Assembly (NCBI GenBank): GCA_050950785.1 | Contig: JBMNIG010000029.1 | Coordinates: 63,023-127,022 of the forward strand | Direction: 5' to 3' | DNA: 64,000 nucleotides | Source: Eubacteriales bacterium | Lineage (GTDB): Bacteria; Bacillota; Clostridia; Oscillospirales; JAAYOS01 | In this document: one piece after another, positions 19,244 through 27,893 of the stretch | Layout: each line of letters opens with the position of its first letter | How positions within the stretch are numbered: the stretch's first letter is position 1 | The notes under the pieces: generated by a model | Told to the model about the DNA's origin: nothing | What the model saw: only the letters and a program-made list of their open reading frames with translations | The model's database searches: none | Position numbers and translations under genes: made by a program

Positions 19244-19396
19244 ATGATAAGGCTTCCGCATATAATTTTCGATGTTCAGTCACCCGATATAAATAAATTC
19301 TGCAGATCGGAACATATATTTGAACCAATAGCACTTATAAATGAGCAAGGAAAGCTTGAAATGCTCAGAGCATTACTGAGCTGCGTGTTTGGTTGA
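19244..19396 (+). CDS. possible 50-aa small ORF (hypothetical, below the ORF-track cutoff)
   Basis: Strong RBS gaaaggagag lies 7 nt before ATG 19244. Translation: MIRLPHIIFDVQSPDINKFCRSEHIFEPIALINEQGKLEMLRALLSCVFG, stop TGA 19394-19396. I recognise no family, and it may be a gene remnant. Confidence 0.25.
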   Translation: MIRLPHIIFDVQSPDINKFCRSEHIFEPIALINEQGKLEMLRALLSCVFG

Positions 19397-19632
19397 ATAT
19401 TAATAATACAATAAAACTCTGCTACCTAGCATAGGCATACGGTGCGTCACCTGGTATTTATAATTTATTTGGCGTGGTCTAATTAACTTAGACGAATAAA
19501 AAAATCTGTCTAACTAAAAATCAAGGTTTTAAGTGGGACAGATGATTGTTTTTGGATTACATATAATATTTTCCGCCAGCAAGTAGGGTTTAGTATTTGA
19601 TTCACAATGACAACGAGCCAACAAGCAAATAG

Positions 19633-19660
19633 CCCGGTTTGATCAAAAAACCAAACCGGG
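19633..19660 (-). terminator. hairpin downstream of the bactofilin gene (weak terminator candidate)
   Basis: Stem CCCGGTTTG / CAAACCGGG. The T-run lies in the loop rather than after the stem on the minus strand. Confidence 0.35.
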
Positions 19661-19700
19661 GATCAAATCGGTAGTTAACTAAAACCAGTTGTATAAAATC

Positions 19701-20357
19701 CTATTCGACAGTATAGTCAGGCTTGGTATCTAGCCTTAAATTGTACTCGTCATCGGTCAGAGTATCTCTGTCGGTGGTCACCTTGACGGTACCGTCAATA
19801 AACGCACCTTCTTCGATGGATAGATGTTGAGAGTTTAGGTTTCCGATAAGGACCGTGCTGCTGCCAAATGTGGCGTTGGAATAGACTTTGACGTTGCCTC
19901 TCACAGTTCCGTTCAAATTAAGTTTGTCGCAGATTATATCTCCTCTGATTGCCGAGTTTTCAGTTACCAGAACATTTGACTCGCTTGTTATGTTTCCTAC
20001 GATTTTCCCGCTCTGAATATCCACTGACTTGCCTGCAATGTCGCCTTCGACAGACCCTGTCACCATAACAGTTGATTTGCTGATCACGTCTCCATTTACG
20101 GCACCCTGGATCTTGACATTTGCATCACTCTGTATCGAACCGTTGATGATCGTTTGCTTAGAAATGATCGTTGTCTCCTCCGGGCCTGCAACATGAGTGG
20201 GGATGGGTCGTTCCCTATGTACTACAACTGTGGAAGGTTCATCTTGATCATTATAGGTTTGATTGGGGGTATCGCTTTCCTTTTTTGAAATGCCGGATAA
20301 TAGGTTTGCCCATGCAGTTTTTAAATTTTCCTTGATTTTGGAACTCGAGTTGTTCAT
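19701..20357 (-). CDS. bactofilin-family cytoskeletal protein with disordered N-terminal extension
   Basis: The beta-helical repeat region INGSIQSDANVKIQGAVNGDVISKSTVMVTGSVEGDIAGKSVDIQSGKIVGNITSESNVLV... is typical of the bactofilin (DUF583) domain. RBS aaggaga lies 7 nt upstream of the ATG. Confidence 0.85.
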   Translation of the reverse strand: MNNSSSKIKENLKTAWANLLSGISKKESDTPNQTYNDQDEPSTVVVHRERPIPTHVAGPEETTIISKQTIINGSIQSDANVKIQGAVNGDVISKSTVMVTGSVEGDIAGKSVDIQSGKIVGNITSESNVLVTENSAIRGDIICDKLNLNGTVRGNVKVYSNATFGSSTVLIGNLNSQHLSIEEGAFIDGTVKVTTDRDTLTDDEYNLRLDTKPDYTVE

Positions 20358-20451
20358 ATATGTATTCTCCTTTTATATTACCTTATTAGCCGTTTGTAAA
20401 ACTCAAAAAAGCCGCACGGCACAAGGCTTTTTCGTGAAATATACTACTGAT

Positions 20452-21230
20452 TTTTCTCCGCTTTTATGGTATAATTTGGTAGGTAAGAAAACAAAAAACC
20501 ATAAAAGCAGGAGAAAAAATCATGCGAAATAAAATGCAAATGTCATTGTTTGACATCTACAACGATGTGTCCGAAGCGGTTGAAAAGAAGAAGCCGAAGT
20601 TAATTGCCCTCCTTGAAGAACACATCGATTTTCAAAGAATAATTCCCGCAAGTTTTTACCATGCGTTCTATTCTCGCTACGGCAGAAACAATATTTATCA
20701 TCTCGAAAACTACATCAAAGCATTGCTTTTGCAAAAGATCCTCGGTATCCCGACAGACAAGCTCTTACTTGACATACTGAAATGCTCTCGTGAGTTAACC
20801 GATTTCTGTGGCTTTGAAAAAATACCTGACGGTTCGGCCATGACACGGTTTAAACAACGCTTTGCCGATTATCTTGCGGAAATGTTTGAATGTCTTGTTG
20901 CTTTAACCGAACCAATCTGCCGTGAAATTGATGAAAAGAAATCCGATTATCTTATCTATGATACTACCGGAATCGCTTTTCCCGTTGCCGAAAACAATCC
21001 GAAATATCTGAACGGCATACTCAAGCAAACAAAGAAACTTGTTAAAAGCAATCCGGATTTCAACCCTTACGGTGCAGCATATAATCTTATGCCGCCTGCT
21101 TCAAAAACGAACACGAATGCCCGCCAGCAATACATCAACGGTCACTTCTGTTATGCCGCTAAGGTGGGTATTCTGACAAACGGTCTCGGCATCCCGAGAC
21201 ATATTGCATTCTTTGATGAGCAATTGACTA
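20452..21230 (+). mobile_element. remnant of an IS5/IS1182-like insertion sequence (left end + 5' half of transposase only)
   Basis: A promoter/hairpin structure typical of IS ends (20452-20517) is followed by a transposase N-terminal domain. Similarity ends near 21225, where the sequence becomes AT-rich. Neither outer boundary is defined. Confidence 0.55.
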
Positions 21231-21280
21231 TATTATCTTATGAAAGCAAATTCACCTTTATCAACACTTCGGTTCTATAG
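20522..21280 (+). pseudogene. truncated transposase (InsH/DUF772-type N-terminal domain; DDE catalytic half missing)
   Basis: MQMSLFDIYNDV...YHLENYIKALLLQKILGIPTDKLLLDILKCSRELTDFCGF...PDGSAMTRFKQRF resembles IS5/IS1182-family N-termini. The 252 aa end in unrelated residues with no DDE region. Confidence 0.65.
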
Positions 21281-21428
21281 GTATTAGGAAAATCAATTGT
21301 GCACTTGTTATATATAAACAATAAAACTTATTATCCGACAAAAAATGACTGTTTCACTATTATATTTATTATATTACAACTTACCAAGTCTGTCAAGTAA
21401 TGGTTGCCTTAATTCGGCATTTTTATCG

Positions 21429-22493
21429 TTACACCTCTGTAGTCCACCCAAATTTGTCCGGTAGCCTGCCCCACTGGATACCTGTAAGTTCATCATACAG
21501 TCTTTGTGAAATAGGACCTGTGTTTCCGTTGTTGATTTCATAAACTTGTTCGCCAAAGGCAAGGTGACCGATCGGGGATATCACTGCAGCCGTGCCTGTT
21601 CCAAAGGCCTCTTTGACTCTGCCGTTTTTAAGTGCAGCCCTAACTTCGTCATCAGACAGCAAACGTTCTTCACAAGGTATAGACCAAGAGCGAAGCATCT
21701 CAAGGCAGGATCTCCTGGTGATACCCGGGAGGATACTTCCGGAAAGGGCAGGTGTTACTACAGTGTCATCAATGCAGAAGAAGACATTCATTGTCCCGAC
21801 TTCTTCAATATATTTACGGTGAACACCGTCAAGCCAGAGAACCTGGGTATAACCCTTTTCCGCTGCTTTGATTTGAGCCCTGATGGTTGCCGCATAGTTT
21901 CCGCCGGCTTTGGCTTCTCCGGTTCCGCCCCGAACCGCACGGACATCCTCATCCTCCACATATATCTTTACAGGGGCCATACCCTCGGGGTAGTACGCAG
22001 CAACTGGAGACATGATTATTGCAAAAAGATAATCGTTGGATGCGCGAACTCCAAGGTGCGGATCGGTGGCTATCACGAAGGGACGGATATACATTGAGGT
22101 TCCCTCTTCTTTTGGCATCCAGTCCATGTCCACACGCAGCAGTGTTTTTACGGCCTCCACCGCAAAATCCACATCCACCGGTGGGATGCAGAGTCGATTG
22201 TGCGAGGAATTTAGCCGGTTGAAGTTGTCCCATGGACGGAAGAGAAGAGTTCTTCCATCGCCAGCGTAATAGGCCTTCATACCCTCGAATGTCTCCTGCG
22301 CATAATGGAGTACCATTGCCGAAGGATCAAGAGAAATCGGACCGTAGGGGACGATCCTTGGGTCGTGCCATCCGCTGTCCGGTGTGTAATCCATCAAAAA
22401 CATGTGATCGGTAAAATATTTTCCAAACCCAAGCTTGGAGTAGTCGGGCTTGGTCTTTGGGGTGCTGGTTTGTCTGATAGTAATTTCTTTCAT
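21429..22493 (-). CDS. ilvE: branched-chain amino-acid aminotransferase
   Basis: MKEITIRQTSTPKTKPDYSKLGFGKYFTDHMF... is the canonical class IV aminotransferase IlvE N-terminus. ATG 22493 is preceded by GGAG. The ORF track extends to a TTG at 22505. Confidence 0.9.
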   Translation of the reverse strand: MKEITIRQTSTPKTKPDYSKLGFGKYFTDHMFLMDYTPDSGWHDPRIVPYGPISLDPSAMVLHYAQETFEGMKAYYAGDGRTLLFRPWDNFNRLNSSHNRLCIPPVDVDFAVEAVKTLLRVDMDWMPKEEGTSMYIRPFVIATDPHLGVRASNDYLFAIIMSPVAAYYPEGMAPVKIYVEDEDVRAVRGGTGEAKAGGNYAATIRAQIKAAEKGYTQVLWLDGVHRKYIEEVGTMNVFFCIDDTVVTPALSGSILPGITRRSCLEMLRSWSIPCEERLLSDDEVRAALKNGRVKEAFGTGTAAVISPIGHLAFGEQVYEINNGNTGPISQRLYDELTGIQWGRLPDKFGWTTEV

Positions 22494-22581
22494 TTTATGC
22501 TCCAAACCGCCCCGAATGGCGGTAGCCGCTTTTTGCCGGCAACGGCAGGCCTGATTTGCAAAAATAAAGTTAATGTCTGCT

Positions 22582-22610
22582 ATTATATCACCGATTTAGT
22601 TAGATGAAAA
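22582..22610 (-). promoter_or_regulatory. candidate extended -10 promoter for ilvE
   Basis: The minus strand reads TTTTCA, 17 bp, then TGaTATAAT (-10 at 22582-22587). Confidence 0.4.
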
Positions 22611-22743
22611 GAGTGGAAGTTCACAACGGAAATGTTTACACTCAATAGTTCTATGATTGAAGTGAATAATTCATTATGATATACTGTAAAGGACATATTA
22701 TATGACTTTAGATGAAGATCCGCCTATTATAAGGAAGATTGAT

Positions 22744-23937
22744 ATGAATAGAATGAAATTTAGCAAATGGGCTGTCTTGGTGTTGGCGCTTGTTTTGCTT
22801 TTTGGGGTTTTGTCAAGTTCTGCTGAGGAGGATAATATCTATTTTACGGCAGTCAATGACACCCTAAAGAAACTTCAAGCTTCAACCATGCCCTACTACT
22901 ACAATGATGAGTATTATGTGCCCTATACTATATTTGACGATCTGTCCCTTGGCGTATTCTATTCGGACAACAGTGAAAAAAACCATACACTTGCTCTGTA
23001 CAACAGATACAACACCCTTATTTTCCAACTTTTATTGGAATACTCATATGACAACAATCAGCAGTATAGAGAAAGAGCTATATCACACAACAACACGTTA
23101 TATATACCGATAAAATTTGTCTGTGAAAGGTTCGGGCTCAAGTATCAGTTGATCAAGACGCCGATTCCCGTAATACGTGTTGTTTCAGACGCAAAACTCG
23201 ATGCAAATGAATTTAAGGACAAGTATTATGACAGGATAATAAGCGAAGGAAGGGATTTTCTCAACTTGAATCAAAGTCCTTCTCCCAGCGTCCCAGTCAC
23301 CAGTGTATCTCCGCCACCATCAAAAGAACCGACATTGGCTCCGGAGGTCTACTTGACCTTTGACTGCAAAACGCCGGATGGTTTGAAGGAAATGATAGGA
23401 ACCCTTGATAAGCACAAAATCAGCGCTACCTTCTTTCTCACTGAAGATATGATCGGTTCAGAGCGGGATTTGGTGCTAAGTATAATAGGATCAGGGCATA
23501 ATATTGGGATTTATGAGAACGAATCATTAGCGGAATCTCAGGGTGACTCTCAGTCGATAGTCGAATACGTGCAGAGAGCAAATCGTCTGCTTGACAGCTA
23601 TACACATACGAAGACAAGACTTTTTCGTTTCAGGACCGATTCGCCGTTTAAGGATGACAAGTCGATAAGAGAAACGCTGGCCGAATCGGGTTATGCTGTT
23701 TGGGATTGGACACTGAATGCTGATAGCATTACTGCATCAACCAATTGGCAGACGTCCCATAGATGGATTTCCATCATTGAGCAATCCGCTGAAAATGGAA
23801 ACCCGGTGGTTTTTCGAGCAGGTGTCAAGGCTGATTTGAACGCAACAGTTGATATACTACTTGACTATTTTGATGATGAGCAAGCGGTATTTCGCTTGAT
23901 TACTCCTGCTACGGAATCGGACAAATTAATCGGATAG
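22744..23937 (+). CDS. secreted CE4 (NodB-type polysaccharide deacetylase) homologue with N-terminal stalk-like domain; catalytic motifs look degenerate
   Basis: RBS aaggaag precedes ATG 22744. Signal peptide MNRMKFSKWAVLVLALVLLFGVLSSSAEE. The NodB-like core is VYLTFDCK...ISATFFLTE...GSGHNIGIYENES...RLFRFRTD...WDWTLNADS. Confidence 0.75.
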   Translation: MNRMKFSKWAVLVLALVLLFGVLSSSAEEDNIYFTAVNDTLKKLQASTMPYYYNDEYYVPYTIFDDLSLGVFYSDNSEKNHTLALYNRYNTLIFQLLLEYSYDNNQQYRERAISHNNTLYIPIKFVCERFGLKYQLIKTPIPVIRVVSDAKLDANEFKDKYYDRIISEGRDFLNLNQSPSPSVPVTSVSPPPSKEPTLAPEVYLTFDCKTPDGLKEMIGTLDKHKISATFFLTEDMIGSERDLVLSIIGSGHNIGIYENESLAESQGDSQSIVEYVQRANRLLDSYTHTKTRLFRFRTDSPFKDDKSIRETLAESGYAVWDWTLNADSITASTNWQTSHRWISIIEQSAENGNPVVFRAGVKADLNATVDILLDYFDDEQAVFRLITPATESDKLIG

Positions 23938-23952
23938 GAGCAAAACAAAAAC

Positions 23953-25134
23953 ATGGTAATCATTCTCGGTAAAATGGGCGAGGTCGTGTTGAAAGGTCTA
24001 AACCGGAAGATGTTTGAAAACCGGATGCTGAGGAGCTTGAGATACCGTCTTTCGCTTATAGGTAATTATAAAGTATATTCCGCACAGTCCACTGTCTATG
24101 TGGAACCCCTTGACGAAAATGCAGATATGGATGCCGCCTTCAATATAGTTAGGAAGGTGTTTGGTCTTGTCGCAGTGAGTAAAGCATACTCATCTGAAAA
24201 AAATATTGATGCGATAGTTGAATCTGCTAAGAAGAATCTGGCTTCCGAACTTAGGCGCGTGCGGACTTTTAAGGTTGAAAGCCGCAGATCCGACAAGTCA
24301 TTTCCGTTGAAGTCCCCGGAGATTTCAAGAATTACGGGGGGAGCGCTGCTGCAAACCCTTCCGCACCTGCGTGTTGACGTACACGATCCTGATGTGACTG
24401 TTTTCGTTGAGGTGCGGGAACTGGCTGCATTTGTCCACACCGATCCCGCTCCGGGTGCCGGAGGACTTCCGATAGGTTCTTCGGGTAAAGCCGCTATCCT
24501 TTTATCGGGTGGCATTGACAGCCCGGTGGCCGCTCAGCGTATGGCAAGGCGCGGAATCGAACTGGAAGCGATCCACTTCTATAGCTATCCATATACTTCG
24601 GAGCGTGCTAAACAGAAGGTCATAACCTTAACAGAAAAATTAAGCGAATACTGTGGACGTATTCCGCTTCACATTGTGCCCTTTACAAAAATCCAAGAGG
24701 AAATAGGAGCAAATTGTCCTGAGGAGTACTTTACGCTACTTATGCGCCGCTCCATGATGAGAATCAGCGAGCGTATAGCGCTGCAAAATGGTTGCAGTGC
24801 TTTAATAACAGGTGAAAGCTTAGGCCAGGTCGCAAGCCAGACCATGCAGGCTATGGCAGTGACCGAGCAGGCAATAACGATGCCGATCCTGCGGCCGTTA
24901 GTCGGTATGGACAAAGAGGAGATAGTCAGGATCGCAAGAGAAATAGACACCCTTGAAACCTCAAACTTACCATATGAGGATTGCTGCACCGTTTTCACAC
25001 CCAGACGTCCCAAGACCAAGCCAAAGCTTGAAAATATATTAGAAATCGAGAAAGCAGTACCCTTTGCCGAATTGGAAGAGGAAGCGGTTGCAAACTGCGA
25101 GAGGCTGGTGGTTTCAAATGAGTATGACAGCTGA
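23953..25134 (+). CDS. thiI: tRNA 4-thiouridine synthase ThiI (no rhodanese domain)
   Basis: N-terminal ...GEVVLKGLNRKMFE, a THUMP region, and the PP-loop LLSGGIDSPVAA. Confidence 0.9.
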   Translation: MVIILGKMGEVVLKGLNRKMFENRMLRSLRYRLSLIGNYKVYSAQSTVYVEPLDENADMDAAFNIVRKVFGLVAVSKAYSSEKNIDAIVESAKKNLASELRRVRTFKVESRRSDKSFPLKSPEISRITGGALLQTLPHLRVDVHDPDVTVFVEVRELAAFVHTDPAPGAGGLPIGSSGKAAILLSGGIDSPVAAQRMARRGIELEAIHFYSYPYTSERAKQKVITLTEKLSEYCGRIPLHIVPFTKIQEEIGANCPEEYFTLLMRRSMMRISERIALQNGCSALITGESLGQVASQTMQAMAVTEQAITMPILRPLVGMDKEEIVRIAREIDTLETSNLPYEDCCTVFTPRRPKTKPKLENILEIEKAVPFAELEEEAVANCERLVVSNEYDS

Positions 25135-26395
25135 GATTTTGTCGATTGGCACAGAGTTGCTCCTTGGAAATATTGCAAACACAGATGCCCAGATCATCTC
25201 GCAAGGGCTGTCTGAACTTGGTATAAATGTCTATTATCACACTGTTGTGGGTGATAACCCCGAGCGTATAAGACGTGCGGTGGAGATTTCCCGGGAACGG
25301 GCTGACATCATTATTACAACAGGCGGCCTTGGACCGACATATGACGATATAACAAAGGAAACTATTGCCGAGTGTTTTGGGAAAAAACTCATACTCAATG
25401 AATCGGCTGTGAATAAGATCCATTCTTACTTTAAGAATATTTCAGCCGAACCCTCTCCAAATAACATGAGACAAGCCATGCTTCCCGAAGATTGTGTAGT
25501 GTTTGATAACGACTGGGGAACTGCTCCTGGTTGTGCATTTGAAGCACAGGGAAAGCATGTGATAATGCTTCCGGGCCCGCCGAGGGAATGCACTCCAATG
25601 TTCAGAGAGCGTGCAGTTCCATATTTGAAAAAGCTGTCTGACGCCACTCTGGTATCGCGCAATATCCACATATTCGGGATGGGAGAAAGCTTGATAGAAA
25701 GCCGGCTGCACGACTGGATGATAACTCAAATAAATCCGTCGGTGGCGCCTTACGCAAAGGAAGGCGAAGTGACGATAAGAGTTACCGCCAAGGCAGAAAA
25801 TGAGGCAGCCGCATTTGCAATGACAGAGCCGGTCGTTGATAAGGTGCTGAGCATTCTCGGAGATGTAGTCTACGGTGTGGACGTTGATAGTCTTGAAGAG
25901 GTGGTAAAGCAGCTTCTTGAAGAAAATGGGCTTACACTTGCATCTGCGGAGTCATGTACCGGAGGTTTACTCTCTGCAAGAATGACTGAACTACCGGGCG
26001 TTTCCGCTGTGTTTAACGGCGGTGTCTGCGCATACTCAAACGAAGTTAAAATGAACGTACTCTCTGTGCCTGAAAGCTATATTAAGAAATATGGTGCCGT
26101 CAGTGAACAAGTAGTGCGCTCTATGGCGGAAAATGTTCGAAAGCAACTTGGCGCAGACATTGGAGTCGCCATATCCGGAGTTGCAGGTCCTGCTGCAAGT
26201 GAAAGCAAACCTGTCGGCACTGTATGTATTGCAGTTTCTTCAACAGTATGTACCGAGGCTTACACCTATAATCTCGGACGCGCGCAAAATCGAGGTCGGA
26301 TAAGGACATTGTCTGTCAACAGAGCACTTGATCTTATCAGGCGACACATCATAAACAATAAAAACCTTTTAACTAATAACGGAGGAACCCTTTGA
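25118..26395 (+). CDS. cinA: competence/damage-inducible protein CinA (MoCF-like + PncC nicotinamide-nucleotide amidase domains)
   Basis: MSMTAEILSIGTELLLGNIANTDAQ is the classic CinA start. The C-terminal ...ASAESCTGGLLSARMTELPGVS... is the PncC domain. The start overlaps the thiI end. Confidence 0.9.
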   Translation: MSMTAEILSIGTELLLGNIANTDAQIISQGLSELGINVYYHTVVGDNPERIRRAVEISRERADIIITTGGLGPTYDDITKETIAECFGKKLILNESAVNKIHSYFKNISAEPSPNNMRQAMLPEDCVVFDNDWGTAPGCAFEAQGKHVIMLPGPPRECTPMFRERAVPYLKKLSDATLVSRNIHIFGMGESLIESRLHDWMITQINPSVAPYAKEGEVTIRVTAKAENEAAAFAMTEPVVDKVLSILGDVVYGVDVDSLEEVVKQLLEENGLTLASAESCTGGLLSARMTELPGVSAVFNGGVCAYSNEVKMNVLSVPESYIKKYGAVSEQVVRSMAENVRKQLGADIGVAISGVAGPAASESKPVGTVCIAVSSTVCTEAYTYNLGRAQNRGRIRTLSVNRALDLIRRHIINNKNLLTNNGGTL

Positions 26396-27801
26396 GCAAT
26401 TTTGTTACAGAACAGGAAATGGAATATCAGCGCGAATGCATGCATAGAGTTGCCGCACAAAACAACGGTCGCACAGCTTGCGTAGATACTTATGGATGCC
26501 AACAAAATGAAGCTGATTCTGAACGCATGCGGGGCATGCTCACAGAAATGGGATATATACTTACCGACTCCGACGAAGCGGACGTCGTTATCATAAACAC
26601 CTGCGCGGTTCGAGAGAATGCCGAAAATCGCGTCTTTGGTGTGATCGGGAGACTTGTGCATTCGAAGCGCAAAAACCCGTCGCAGATAATCATTCTTGCC
26701 GGTTGTATGGGCGGCGAGACATCTGTGAGAGAGAAAATCAAAAAAAGCTACAAGCATGTTGACGCTGTCCTCGACACCACCTCGTTTTGGAGGCTTCCCG
26801 AGGTCATTCTCGGCATTCTTGAAGGAGATGCAACAGTTGCAGAGATAAATGCCGTAGACGGTGTGGTCTCGCCGGACAACCGCATTGCCGAGGGAATGCC
26901 GGTGCAGCGTGTTTTCCCACACAAGGCGTGGATTTCGGTTATGTACGGCTGTAATAACTTCTGTACATATTGTATTGTGCCATATTTACGCGGTCGGGAA
27001 CGCAGTAGGCGCAGTGAAGACATACTGCGAGAGATCCGCGGGGTAGTGGAAGACGGTTGTAAAGACATAACCCTCCTAGGCCAGAACGTAAACTCATATG
27101 GCAAAAACTCCGAAGGAGAGACCGACTTTGCCGGTTTGCTGGAAATGGCCGCAAAGGTTGACGGTGAGTTCCTCATAAGATTTATGACAAGCCATCCCAA
27201 GGATACGTCCAAAAAACTTCTGGATACGATGGCATCATATCCGAGAATTGCTCGCCATCTACACTTGCCCGTGCAGTCAGGGTCTGACCGGATCCTTAAA
27301 ATCATGAACCGTCATTATACGTCCGAAAGCTATCTCGAGCTTATCCGATATGCAAAAAAGGTGATGCCCGATATAGTTCTGACAAGTGATATAATCGTCG
27401 GCTTCCCAGGCGAAACCGAGGAAGACTTCCAGCAAACACTTGATTTGGTTGCTGAAGTGGAATATGATTCATTGTTTACCTTTATATACTCCCAACGTGA
27501 AGGGACTCCTGCAGCGAAAATGGAGGATCCCACTTCTCCGGAAGAGAAAAGTGACCGGTTTAATCGCCTGATCGAACTTCAAAATTCGATCTCGCTTAAA
27601 AAACACAGCGAATATGTTGGAAAAACATTGACTGCCCTTATAGACGGCGAAGGGAGAAGTGGTGAATTTAATTTGACTGCCCGCACAAATGGGGGAAGAC
27701 TGATACATCTTAACGGAGATCCTTCGATGATAGGACGGTTTTCACCTGTTCGTATTACAAAGGCCACAACATGGTCTCTTGTTGGGGAAATAGTTAAGTA
27801 G
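26392..27801 (+). CDS. miaB: tRNA-2-methylthio-N6-dimethylallyladenosine synthase MiaB
   Basis: TYGCQQNEADSE (UPF0004 domain), radical-SAM CNNFCTYCIVP, and a TRAM C-terminus. The TTG 26392 start overlaps the cinA stop after acggaggaa; an ATG 27 nt downstream is an alternative. Confidence 0.9.
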   Translation: MSNFVTEQEMEYQRECMHRVAAQNNGRTACVDTYGCQQNEADSERMRGMLTEMGYILTDSDEADVVIINTCAVRENAENRVFGVIGRLVHSKRKNPSQIIILAGCMGGETSVREKIKKSYKHVDAVLDTTSFWRLPEVILGILEGDATVAEINAVDGVVSPDNRIAEGMPVQRVFPHKAWISVMYGCNNFCTYCIVPYLRGRERSRRSEDILREIRGVVEDGCKDITLLGQNVNSYGKNSEGETDFAGLLEMAAKVDGEFLIRFMTSHPKDTSKKLLDTMASYPRIARHLHLPVQSGSDRILKIMNRHYTSESYLELIRYAKKVMPDIVLTSDIIVGFPGETEEDFQQTLDLVAEVEYDSLFTFIYSQREGTPAAKMEDPTSPEEKSDRFNRLIELQNSISLKKHSEYVGKTLTALIDGEGRSGEFNLTARTNGGRLIHLNGDPSMIGRFSPVRITKATTWSLVGEIVK

Positions 27802-27893
27802 ACAATAGTTTGCTTATTGCAAAGGAATTATTAATTAGTTATCGAAATAGTGTAAACATATTTGGAACAGTATGGTTGAGTGGGGTATTATGG

